DNA from: a virus
DNA length: 40,772 nt
UHGV virus genome: UHGV-0354473
Strand: one strand, 5' to 3'
Shown: positions 1-7,791 of the stretch, one piece after another
Numbering within the stretch: position 1 is the first letter of the stretch
Layout of the letters: every line of letters starts with the position of its first letter
Position numbers and translations under genes: made by a program
Notes under the pieces: generated by a model
The model's database searches: none
Told to the model about the DNA's origin: nothing
The model's input: the letters and a program-made list of their open reading frames with translations, nothing else

Positions 1-165
1 CTTGGTAAATATGTTGATTTATCAGGCAACATGATTACTACAGGGGGGACTGGTGCTTCTGGAGACGGTAAGATTTATTTTAACTCATCATCCGGTAACC
101 TGAGTGTCACAAATAGAACGGCAGGTACTATAAACGTTTATTTAATAGCTATCAACGCTAAATAA
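1..165 (+). CDS. 3'-terminal 54 codons of a truncated low-GC ORF (LGKYVDLSGNMITTGGTGASGDGKIYFNSSSGNLSVTNRTAGTINVYLIAINAK*), resembling the C-terminus of a tail fiber or tailspike
   Basis: Frame 1 is open from the window edge to TAA at 163-165. Composition is Gly/Ser/Thr/Asn-rich and beta-like, GC is low, and a terminator follows immediately. Confidence 0.35.
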   Translation, partial: LGKYVDLSGNMITTGGTGASGDGKIYFNSSSGNLSVTNRTAGTINVYLIAINAK

Positions 166-169
166 ACTA

Positions 170-192
170 ACGGCCCGAAAGGGCCGTTTTTC
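170..192. terminator. Bidirectional rho-independent terminator between convergent genes
   Basis: GGCCC-GAAA-GGGCC hairpin at 172-185 followed by TTTTT. The reverse complement also ends in a T-rich tail. Confidence 0.6.
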
Positions 193-199
193 TACATTA

Positions 200-577
200 T
201 CAGAACTGCGGCTTTAATATATTATCCCACGAAATTTCAGGATACTTATCTTTCAACACGGAAACATCATCATTGATATAATTTGTAATAGCGCCATTTC
301 GATCAATAGGCACTAATTGTTCTTGGCAGCCATCTAATTCCTGGAAAAGAGGTTGCACTGCATCTTGCAGAAACATGGAGGACGGATAAATATTTAAAGT
401 GCAACCACCGTTGGCGCTAATGAATTCTAAAATACCACCTGTGCGCGAGGTCCACAATTCAATGGACTCAGCGCCCATCAACCCTAAATGACCATTCTTC
501 ACGAAACTATCTAATCGCGTTTCAGCTAATGCGTTAAAAGCTTGAGATGCCTCACTCATGTGTAATGTAATAGCCAT
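200..577 (-). CDS. Hypothetical 125-aa cytoplasmic protein, low-GC; weak resemblance to SMI1/KNR4 (SUKH) immunity-type proteins (LEFISANGG motif)
   Basis: ATG at 577 with AAGGA RBS 7 nt upstream. The ORF is complete. Motif GGILEFISANGG is reminiscent of the FL..NGG core of SUKH-1, but this was judged by eye only. Confidence 0.5.
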   Translation of the reverse strand: MAITLHMSEASQAFNALAETRLDSFVKNGHLGLMGAESIELWTSRTGGILEFISANGGCTLNIYPSSMFLQDAVQPLFQELDGCQEQLVPIDRNGAITNYINDDVSVLKDKYPEISWDNILKPQF

Positions 578-591
578 TTTCTAATCCTTAT

Positions 592-861
592 TTATAAACC
601 AAGAAAAAGTTTCAGTGCCGGTTCAGCCTCGTCAAGAGGGTTTCCGCTGCCGCTATACAAGAAACTGTGTCTATACGGTGTTGTACCGATAACACCATCT
701 ACAGTTACCTTAAACAACGCCCCGACGGTAGTGCCATCAAAACTGTCAAGCCCTGCCACTTCGAAAATAACGGGTATATCCACTTCAGAATCAGTTATAG
801 TAACCCCAAAGTCAGGATAGCTTACCACTCTGTTAACTTTCATGGTTGATTGTATACTCAT
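592..861 (-). CDS. Hypothetical 89-aa protein, low-GC and beta-rich
   Basis: ATG at 861 with AAGGATAAAG upstream. It lies in the same leftward low-GC cassette. Confidence 0.45.
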   Translation of the reverse strand: MSIQSTMKVNRVVSYPDFGVTITDSEVDIPVIFEVAGLDSFDGTTVGALFKVTVDGVIGTTPYRHSFLYSGSGNPLDEAEPALKLFLGL

Positions 862-866
862 AATCT

Positions 867-1055
867 TTATCCTTTATTCCTGATATTCGATACGGTGGTA
901 TTTATGCCCATTATAGCAATAAACAACACAGCTGTTATCACCCAGTTGTCATCAATAAACCCCGGATAATGTTTTTCTATCAAAGACCCAATATATGCAA
1001 AAACTAATAAATCAAAACGATTCGACCACTTAGCAGAAAGTTTCCAGTTTTTCAC
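867..1055 (-). CDS. Small 62-aa membrane protein with two predicted TM helices (pinholin-like topology), GTG start
   Basis: GTG start overlaps the stop of the upstream lipoprotein gene (GTGA coupling), preceded by GGAGGA. Hydrophobic stretches are FDLLVFAYIGSLI and WVITAVLFIAIMGI. Confidence 0.4.
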   Translation of the reverse strand: MKNWKLSAKWSNRFDLLVFAYIGSLIEKHYPGFIDDNWVITAVLFIAIMGINTTVSNIRNKG

Positions 1056-1372
1056 ATATCCTCCGACAGCCCGTCAATACACCCTTTAAAACCATACGCC
1101 ACAACGTCGGCGCGTCTCAATGACGGATTGCTGTAGATCGTAACAGCGATGCGCGTCATGCCTGATTTAATGGCCGGTGACATATCGCTGCCGTTGATAA
1201 TCTTGGTTACCGACTCCAGCGAGTCGCCGCGGTTCCGGGCGTCGACGATAACGCCGCCCATTTCGGCTAACTCCTGGCACATCTCCACCTCGGTAACGGC
1301 AGCGGCGGACCCGGCATACGAGCAGCCCAGGACGGCGGCCAGCGTGATTGCGATTGCGGTAATACGTTTCAT
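1052..1372 (-). CDS. Lipoprotein, 106 aa; signal peptide MKRITAIAITLAAVLG-C, lipobox VLGC
   Basis: Internal ATG at 1372 is preceded by CAGGAGCAAACACA, a strong SD. The lipobox cysteine sits at +19. The track ORF extends further 5' but has no RBS. Confidence 0.55.
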   Translation of the reverse strand: MKRITAIAITLAAVLGCSYAGSAAAVTEVEMCQELAEMGGVIVDARNRGDSLESVTKIINGSDMSPAIKSGMTRIAVTIYSNPSLRRADVVAYGFKGCIDGLSEDM

Positions 1373-1393
1373 TGTGTTTGCTCCTGAAAGTGG

Positions 1394-1409
1394 CCCCGCG
1401 AGGGGCCTG
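1394..1409 (-). terminator. GC hairpin GGCCCC-GCGA-GGGGCC immediately 3' of gene 1416..1727; weak or leaky terminator, or RNA processing site
   Basis: Perfect 6-bp stem with a GCGA tetraloop. The downstream U-run on the minus strand is poor. Confidence 0.3.
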
Positions 1410-1415
1410 TGTTGG

Positions 1416-1727
1416 TTAAAGAGGTATAGTCTTTCCGTATGTGACACGGTTTTCCCCTACCACAGGCTTGCGGCTAACGTAACCAGCTGTCAGGCGCTCG
1501 GTTGCGGTCATTGGGCGGGAAGAAACAACCCGAGAAGTATGTTTAACTTCCGGCAATGCGTTGCTATTGCTGTCGCCGGTCATAACGTATTGCGCAACGG
1601 AGTGGTTAAGCATATCGCGGAAAGTAATCTCAACTTTTGGTTCGTTGCGTGACGCCTCAGCCTTAGCTTTCATTTTTTCCCAACGTGCTTCGCCGTACTT
1701 TGCAATCATCTTTTCGCTAAAAGTCAT
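1416..1727 (-). CDS. Hypothetical 103-aa protein
   Basis: ATG at 1727 with GAGGATAAG SD at 8-nt spacing. The track's GTG start at 1754 lies inside the promoter element. Confidence 0.5.
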   Translation of the reverse strand: MTFSEKMIAKYGEARWEKMKAKAEASRNEPKVEITFRDMLNHSVAQYVMTGDSNSNALPEVKHTSRVVSSRPMTATERLTAGYVSRKPVVGENRVTYGKTIPL

Positions 1728-1773
1728 CGTCTTATCCTCGTTCGTCTGCGGCACCGCGCCGCCCTATGAACTA

Positions 1774-1802
1774 ACTATAATATGTATCCACTCATATTGC
1801 AA
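1774..1802 (-). promoter_or_regulatory. Leftward sigma70-like promoter TTGCAA-17-TATAGT embedded in the conserved element ATATCTGTAAATGTTGGTTGCAATATGAGTGGATACATATTATAGT
   Basis: -35 TTGCAA at 1797-1802, 17-bp spacer, -10 TATAGT (minus strand) at 1774-1779. About 40 bp are near-identical to the element at 25341-25392. Confidence 0.5.
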
Positions 1803-1809
1803 CCAACAT

Positions 1810-2301
1810 TTACAGATATTTTGCGATATCTGCGATCGAGCACTGGACGATGCACGCACCGTCGGGGTTGGGCCGGCGGCCAAAGATGATGATCTGCGAA
1901 TCGCGGTTATTCTTCGTCGCCGCGCGCTCGCCGGTTCGGGCGTGGATAAACTGGATGCGCTCGGTTAGCTGAATGATGGTATTCGCCTCCCGGCGCGCAA
2001 TATCCATCCACTGCGTAGCAACGGCCAGGTGCAGGAGCAACACCGTTTTACGGTACAGCGCGGCGTGCTGGAACCACGGCAGCGGCTTCGAGTAAGGCGG
2101 GTTACACCATTTCCACGCCGCGGGCCACTCGATGCCAAGGGCGCTGTTCTGTTCGGTGTAGTACCGCGCGCAAAGGGCGTTGTGATCGGCTGCCGCCATG
2201 TCGTAGCGGAAATTAAACCGCTCATTGAGCGGCTCGAATATCTCCGGTGGCGAGCGCCAGCAATCTTTATCCTCCGGCGCCGTGTTTGATTTGTCAGCCA
2301 T
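1810..2301 (-). CDS. DNA N6-adenine methyltransferase, phage Dam family (PF05869-like)
   Basis: Motif IV NPPY (WCNPPYSK) and the characteristic NALCARYYT..GIEWP context. Its start overlaps the helicase stop. Confidence 0.8.
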   Translation of the reverse strand: MADKSNTAPEDKDCWRSPPEIFEPLNERFNFRYDMAAADHNALCARYYTEQNSALGIEWPAAWKWCNPPYSKPLPWFQHAALYRKTVLLLHLAVATQWMDIARREANTIIQLTERIQFIHARTGERAATKNNRDSQIIIFGRRPNPDGACIVQCSIADIAKYL

Positions 2302-3760
2302 GGTTACCTCTGGAGCGTTTCATATATTCCATAAGCACGTCCTGGACTGATTTTTTATCGCTGGTGCGAGAAACAACAGCCTCGTCGAGCGTACCCTTCG
2401 CCTGGATAAGATAGATAAATACCGGGCGCGGGTGGCCGGATTGCATTTGGCGTACTGGTCCTATACGTTCTATAACCTGGGCGTGATGCTCAAAATTCCA
2501 GGTTGGGCTAAAGAAGGCCAAATGGCAGCCGCCGTCCTGCAGGTTAAGGCCGTGACCAGCCGATGCCGGGTGGACCAGTAACACGTCGATTTTGCCGGCG
2601 TTCCAGCGGTCGATCTGCTTATTACCGGCAGCGCCTTTTTTCAGGTCCTCGGCGAACGGGAACCGCTTTTTGATGCGCGCCAGGTCGTGCTTGTACTGGT
2701 AAGCCACCAGGAGCGGGGCGCCGGCCAGCTCGTCGATGATGGAGTCCAGCGCATCCAGTTTCGCATCGTGGATTTTCTCCCACTCGGAGGAGCGCTCGCC
2801 GTCTTCGTTGGTGACGTATACCGCGCCGCTGGCGATCTGCAGGCATTTTGACGTGCGGGCTGCCGCGTTCGCCGCTTCTACCTCGCCGTTTTCCAGCTCG
2901 GCGAATAGCTCCTTTTCCATCTGGTCGTAAATTTTGCGGGCCTTGCACGGCAGGTCGACCAGCACCGGGACCAGCACCGGCTCGTCACAGCCGAAGAACT
3001 CGGCAGCGTCAACCGTCAACGAAATATCCTTCATTGCCCGGTGTATCTCATCGTCTGCGCCTTTGCGCGGCCGGTAGCCTTTCGCTGCGTGGTGGTCGCC
3101 TTTTGACTCGGTGATGAACCAGCGATCGGTAAATGCCGCGTAAGACGTCCCGAGGCGCTCGCCGGCGTCGATAAACCAGTTTTGCCCCCACAGGTCCTTT
3201 AATCCGTTAGGCGACGGCGTACCGGTTAGATTGATGAAGCGCTTAACGCGGCCCCATGCTACCCGGCTTAATGCCTTCGCACGTTTGCTGCCGCCGCTCT
3301 TTGACCTGTACGATTTCAGCTTGGTTGATTCATCGGCAACGATAACGGTAAACGGCCAGTCGTCCGGACCATAAAGCCCGGTCAGCCAATCTATGCACTC
3401 GTAATTAAGGCATATAACATTAAAATCCTCTTCCAGTGTAGCGACGCGGTGCGCGGCCGGGCCGGTGGCGTCACCGACCCGCAGGTTAGCGAATTGCCAT
3501 TTATCCTGTTCGGCCGGCCAGGTACCGGACGCGACGCGCAGCGGCGCCAGGATAAGTACGCGGTCTTCGCCGTCGACGAGATCGCCAGTCTGAAAAAGGC
3601 GGTCCAGGGTCCACATGACCGAGCCCGTCTTCCCCGAGCCCATTGTGGCCCACACATTACAGCGCGGATGGCGCAGCATGTGCCGCGTCATCGACTTCTG
3701 ATAGGGTCGGCGTTTGAACCGGCTCATACGGCTACCCATCCCATAGCATAACCACCCCAT
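2294..3760 (-). CDS. SNF2/RAD54-family ATP-dependent helicase
   Basis: RRPYQ Q-motif near the N-terminus, Walker A MGSGKT, DExx VIVADESTK and C-terminal helicase motifs. Alternative start ATG at 3727 gives ATGA coupling to the upstream ORF. Confidence 0.85.
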   Translation of the reverse strand: MGWLCYGMGSRMSRFKRRPYQKSMTRHMLRHPRCNVWATMGSGKTGSVMWTLDRLFQTGDLVDGEDRVLILAPLRVASGTWPAEQDKWQFANLRVGDATGPAAHRVATLEEDFNVICLNYECIDWLTGLYGPDDWPFTVIVADESTKLKSYRSKSGGSKRAKALSRVAWGRVKRFINLTGTPSPNGLKDLWGQNWFIDAGERLGTSYAAFTDRWFITESKGDHHAAKGYRPRKGADDEIHRAMKDISLTVDAAEFFGCDEPVLVPVLVDLPCKARKIYDQMEKELFAELENGEVEAANAAARTSKCLQIASGAVYVTNEDGERSSEWEKIHDAKLDALDSIIDELAGAPLLVAYQYKHDLARIKKRFPFAEDLKKGAAGNKQIDRWNAGKIDVLLVHPASAGHGLNLQDGGCHLAFFSPTWNFEHHAQVIERIGPVRQMQSGHPRPVFIYLIQAKGTLDEAVVSRTSDKKSVQDVLMEYMKRSRGNHG

Positions 3761-3933
3761 TTATTTCGAGCACCGTACAGGTTAAAGTCGTGCCCGAGAT
3801 GTGTCCAAATGGCGTATTTTTTAACACTGGACGTGATCAAGGTATATGGCTTGAATGTGGTTTTTGTATAAAAACGCGTCCCGTCCGGGCAGTCTATTAA
3901 CCGGCGCAGACGATAGTGAGGCTTAGGAGTCAT
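3724..3933 (-). CDS. Hypothetical 69-aa protein
   Basis: ATG at 3933. Four-nt overlaps with both neighbours suggest a translationally coupled chain. Confidence 0.4.
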   Translation of the reverse strand: MTPKPHYRLRRLIDCPDGTRFYTKTTFKPYTLITSSVKKYAIWTHLGHDFNLYGARNKWGGYAMGWVAV

Positions 3934-4112
3934 TTCAACACCTCCACGATATCAGAATATTCCAGTATCACGACCGTCCCGCTTTCGAACTGGATAACGA
4001 GGATCTCCTGCTTCTGCGCGTCAAGCGACCGGAAGGCGTCGAAAACCGTTTCCGGGACATCGCCGACCTGCAGCACGTCGCCACGTTTGATTGCTCCTGC
4101 TAAAACTCTCAT
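3930..4112 (-). CDS. Hypothetical 60-aa protein
   Basis: ATG at 4112 and ATGA overlaps with both neighbours. Confidence 0.4.
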   Translation of the reverse strand: MRVLAGAIKRGDVLQVGDVPETVFDAFRSLDAQKQEILVIQFESGTVVILEYSDIVEVLK

Positions 4113-4372
4113 TCGGTTTCTTCCTGTACTGGTTTTCTCTTAACCCGCTGGCGCTCGCGTTCGGCTTCCCGGCGGCACTGTTTGCAGACTGCGCGGAAAC
4201 CGTCCACGCTGCGCCCACTGTAGCGATGGAATTCGCTTAACGGCTTACGCTTACGACACGGCCCGCTACAGCGCTTGGTAACGGCGGCGAGCGCCTCATC
4301 AGGGGCCGCCGACAGCGAGCCATATTTTTCTACCAGCTCCCGGCCGGCCTTTCTCAATTTAGGTTTAGGCAT
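4109..4372 (-). CDS. Small basic zinc-ribbon protein (CxxC...CxxC), likely DNA-binding
   Basis: CSGPC...CKQC cysteine pairs and a K/R-rich sequence. ATG at 4372 with AAGGAGG SD. Confidence 0.5.
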   Translation of the reverse strand: MPKPKLRKAGRELVEKYGSLSAAPDEALAAVTKRCSGPCRKRKPLSEFHRYSGRSVDGFRAVCKQCRREAERERQRVKRKPVQEETE

Positions 4373-4399
4373 GGTTTGTCCTCCTTAGCAACCAACATA

Positions 4400-4690
4400 C
4401 TAAACACTATAGCGCAATTCTGCAACCAATTCGTTAACCTGTTCCTTGCTGCCGACGATGCGAACTATGGCGCCGCGCTGGCGCATGCGTTTGTGCTCGC
4501 GGGCCTGGTGCGGGTCGGGGCCGGTGCGCTCGTCTTTCTTCACCTCCACGAACACCACCAGGCCGCCGGGCAGAATGACCAGCAGATCGGGACATCCGTT
4601 GCGCCCCTCGTATCGGATTTTTCTTACCAGGCCGCCGAGTTTTTTAAACTCGGCCATTGCGTAAGCCTGTACTCTTCCCTCCGGCGTCAT
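4400..4690 (-). CDS. VRR-NUC domain nuclease (PD-(D/E)XK fold)
   Basis: GCPDLLVILPGG...VFVEVK matches the VRR-NUC D..E.K catalytic core. Confidence 0.75.
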   Translation of the reverse strand: MTPEGRVQAYAMAEFKKLGGLVRKIRYEGRNGCPDLLVILPGGLVVFVEVKKDERTGPDPHQAREHKRMRQRGAIVRIVGSKEQVNELVAELRYSV

Positions 4691-5289
4691 TGCCGCTCTT
4701 CTCTTATTTTACGAATGGCGGGGCCTATGTGGTTAATCATCTCGGAAACTGTAAACCTGTTATTTCGAGTCAGATTACACAGAGCACATGCGGGCACACA
4801 ATTATCGACGGAATGCGGCAACGTGTTATCTTTTCGATCGGCACCAGACCAACCAATAAAGCCGCAATATGAGCAAGGCTTATGTACAAAATTTGCCAAT
4901 ATATCGTCACATGTCAGCGTTGAAATTAGCCCTTTCTTTGCGTCGTCCCGCATTGCTTGGTACGCGACGGACTTACACCATTGATATACATTACGCTGCT
5001 TATATGCCCGTCTCTCAGCGTTACAACACTCACGGCAATCCTTTCTAATATGGGCGCCGTTTGTAGTGCCTCCGGGGCGAAAATTCTCACGGGTAAGAGG
5101 CTTTCTTTTACCGCATGTGCGGCATTGAACGATTTCGCCAGTGAATTCTCGCCATACTTCCCGCACCGGTTTCCCTCCGCGGGCTTTCTGCCGTCGGTCC
5201 GCGGCGTAAGCTTTTGTACAATCTCTGCACCATGTCATGCCCTTATTGAAATGCTCTTTTTCCTCGCCACATTTAGTACATATTTTCAT
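4687..5289 (-). CDS. HNH homing-type endonuclease with N-terminal Cys-rich zinc finger
   Basis: CSYCG...DRKDN...H...N..PAC..CN HNH signature. The start was moved to ATG 5289 (MKICTKCGEE), which has a GAGGTGG SD. Confidence 0.7.
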   Translation of the reverse strand: MKICTKCGEEKEHFNKGMTWCRDCTKAYAADRRQKARGGKPVREVWREFTGEIVQCRTCGKRKPLTRENFRPGGTTNGAHIRKDCRECCNAERRAYKQRNVYQWCKSVAYQAMRDDAKKGLISTLTCDDILANFVHKPCSYCGFIGWSGADRKDNTLPHSVDNCVPACALCNLTRNNRFTVSEMINHIGPAIRKIREERQ

Positions 5290-5357
5290 TAGTCCACCTC
5301 GTACAAGAAATAATGCGAGCATAATAGCCCGCATTCTCCAAACCTTCAACGTATTCT

Positions 5358-7544
5358 CTACTTCTTGTACCGCCGCCCCTCCCAGCCCTCGGCACTCAAT
5401 GGGAAGTCTTTAGCCCATGCCGGTAGCACGCACATAAGGCGCTCCAGCTCTTTGACGGTGTACTCCGGCGTGTCGGGAACTTCGGTTAAAAGTTCATCAT
5501 GCACAGACAGAATAATCTTATACCCAGCCGCCTCGACGCCGGGCATCGACCAGGCCAGCAGGTCACGACAGAGAGCCTGTACGATGTTTTCCGCCAGTTT
5601 GCCGCCATAGGTGAACTGGTAACCCCACTGGCGCGTCGTCTGGTTCTCCCCCTGGTACTTAATGCGGGTGCGCGTGCGGATCTCGCCGGTGTCCTCGTCT
5701 TCCTCTTTCTCGACCGAAAGGCCGATCCCCGGATATGACAGAATGCGACCCGACGGCAACTCAACTTTTAACCACCAGCCCGGGTTTCCATTCTTCACGG
5801 TGCGGGTGAACTTAACGGCCTTGTCGCCATTCTCGCGCACCCGGGCACCAGCCCAAAACGAACGGCCAGGATTACGAATCGCGCTCAATGCTGCCGCCTC
5901 CAGCTCTGACCAGAAGTTAACGATATTTGGGTTGGCCTCGCGGTACATGCGTTTCAATGCATCGCAGGTCAGCCATACCTTTTTCGGCAGGTCATAGGAT
6001 GGGCGTTCGGCCTTCTTGCCTTTCGGCGCGCGCTTGTTTTTCTCCTGGATGCGGGCGAACTCCCAGCCTCGGCGAGCGGCTTTCCAGATATGGTCCGGGA
6101 ATGTGCCGGCAAGGTCGTGAGCCAGCCGGTCGAGGTCTAAGCCGAGGTTTTTGGCGAAGGTCAGGAATGCCGCAACACCTCCCCCATAGCCTAAGCCGAG
6201 GATCATGGCCTTTGCAATCTGGCGCTGGTCCTTCGATACGTCGTCATACGCCACGCAGAAGACGGTAGACGCGAGCGTTTTATACAGATCAGTGCCGGCG
6301 CGGAAAACGTTAAGCGTCGCCTCTTCGCCGGATATCCACGCCAGGCCGCGGCCTTCGACGTTCGAATAGTCGGCAACAACCAGCTTGCACCCCGGAGCTG
6401 CGATAATGCACCCGCGCACAGTCGTCGCCGTTAGCTTGGCGATATCGAAAGCCTTCGTAATGCGGTTGCGTTTAAGGCAACGGATGCCGTAATCGAGGTC
6501 TTCACCTTCATAATGCCCGCGTGCCAGGTTTTGAGGCTGGAAGCCTTTACCAGCCCAGCGCAGTGTCCGTTTCGCGCCGCCATACTGCAAACAGCCGCGG
6601 CGCCGGCCATCGCGGGATAAGCCGCGCAGCAGCGGGTCGTATTTTGTGGAGGCGGTAGACGCTGCGCCGAGACGCATTTCGATAAGCGCGCGGGCGGCGT
6701 CGGGCAGGTCCTCGTCGTCCAGCAGGTCGCCCAGGGTGGCTTTCTGCGCGTTAGGGATGTCGAATGCCGGTGCCAGATCGCGCAGGATCGGGAGGAAGTC
6801 CTTACCGGTCAGGCTGCCGCCGTATTTCGCCATCGCCTCGCGCTGCAGGTCCAGCTTGTGCTGTTTCACCGCGGCGACCGCGGATTCCGCCAGTACCGTG
6901 TCGACGTAGAATCCGCGGTCATTGATCGCCTGGTCAATGGCGAGTATCTCGTTTTCCTTCTCGGTGTCGCCCCAGGTCGGCAGCGCGTAAAACACCTCTC
7001 GCATCGATGATATGTCACTGCGGGCATATTTCAGAAAGCGGCGCCATTCTTCCGGGTGCGTTTCACGGGTGTAGCGGCGGATCTTGTAATTCTTCGGCGT
7101 AGGCTTACAGAATCGCTGTATCAGCGCTTTACCGGCCTTATCCTTCGCTAAGTCCTCTGATATCTCCAGCACGCGGCACAGCGCGTCCAGGGAGCCAGGA
7201 AGCGATAGCCTATAGGCGCAGATCATCGTATCGATGATATTTTTTACCGGGATCTCAATTCCCCAGCAGTGACGCATAAGTAGGCGGTCGAACAAAAGGC
7301 CGTTTTGCATAACAATCCGGCTCTTCGTATTAGACTTGCATACCTCACGCAGCGCCCGGCGCAATACCCGCGGCATACGGGGATCTGCCGTGGCATCCCA
7401 CTCCATAACCGGCCCGTCGTCGATAGCGAAGGTGGTTATCATAATTTCCGTGGATGGGTGCTCGGCGTAGGCGTATGACCCGCATTTTTTGAGATCGCAG
7501 GCGCTGAATGTTTCGGTGTCAAGAAAAAGGTTATCGAACTTCAT
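5358..7544 (-). CDS. Family A DNA polymerase with N-terminal 3'-5' proofreading exonuclease
   Basis: Exo I LFLDTETFS, pol motif A DYSNVEGR, motif B KAMILGLGYGGG and motif C VHDE. The ATG has a GAGGA SD. Confidence 0.92.
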   Translation of the reverse strand: MKFDNLFLDTETFSACDLKKCGSYAYAEHPSTEIMITTFAIDDGPVMEWDATADPRMPRVLRRALREVCKSNTKSRIVMQNGLLFDRLLMRHCWGIEIPVKNIIDTMICAYRLSLPGSLDALCRVLEISEDLAKDKAGKALIQRFCKPTPKNYKIRRYTRETHPEEWRRFLKYARSDISSMREVFYALPTWGDTEKENEILAIDQAINDRGFYVDTVLAESAVAAVKQHKLDLQREAMAKYGGSLTGKDFLPILRDLAPAFDIPNAQKATLGDLLDDEDLPDAARALIEMRLGAASTASTKYDPLLRGLSRDGRRRGCLQYGGAKRTLRWAGKGFQPQNLARGHYEGEDLDYGIRCLKRNRITKAFDIAKLTATTVRGCIIAAPGCKLVVADYSNVEGRGLAWISGEEATLNVFRAGTDLYKTLASTVFCVAYDDVSKDQRQIAKAMILGLGYGGGVAAFLTFAKNLGLDLDRLAHDLAGTFPDHIWKAARRGWEFARIQEKNKRAPKGKKAERPSYDLPKKVWLTCDALKRMYREANPNIVNFWSELEAAALSAIRNPGRSFWAGARVRENGDKAVKFTRTVKNGNPGWWLKVELPSGRILSYPGIGLSVEKEEDEDTGEIRTRTRIKYQGENQTTRQWGYQFTYGGKLAENIVQALCRDLLAWSMPGVEAAGYKIILSVHDELLTEVPDTPEYTVKELERLMCVLPAWAKDFPLSAEGWEGRRYKK

Positions 7545-7744
7545 TCCAGATCCTCGTCGGTTGCATCCAGCTGATCGATAATGTCCAGCAACTCTCGCCG
7601 CATTTGCTGCAGCTCTTCGGATACCAGTTGAACGGATGACGCAATGCCTTTTTGACGAAGATATTGCCGGAAGCCCTCGACGTCCAGCGGTTCGCCGACG
7701 GGGATCCGCGTCTCATGGGGGCGGTTTCGGTTGTGTTTATACAT
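7541..7744 (-). CDS. Hypothetical 67-aa protein with acidic C-terminus
   Basis: ATG at 7744 and ATGA overlap with the polymerase start. Confidence 0.45.
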   Translation of the reverse strand: MYKHNRNRPHETRIPVGEPLDVEGFRQYLRQKGIASSVQLVSEELQQMRRELLDIIDQLDATDEDLE

Positions 7745-7791
7745 GGTTCACGCTCCGGATATGAAAAAGCCCGCTTTCGCGGGCCTTGATT

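Noticed and set aside
4373-4440. A sigma70 promoter in the 27-bp gap upstream of the Zn-ribbon gene
   Set aside because: Two TTGGTTGC motif copies are present but no acceptable -10/-35 pair at 16-18-bp spacing. The gene is more likely expressed by read-through within the leftward operon.
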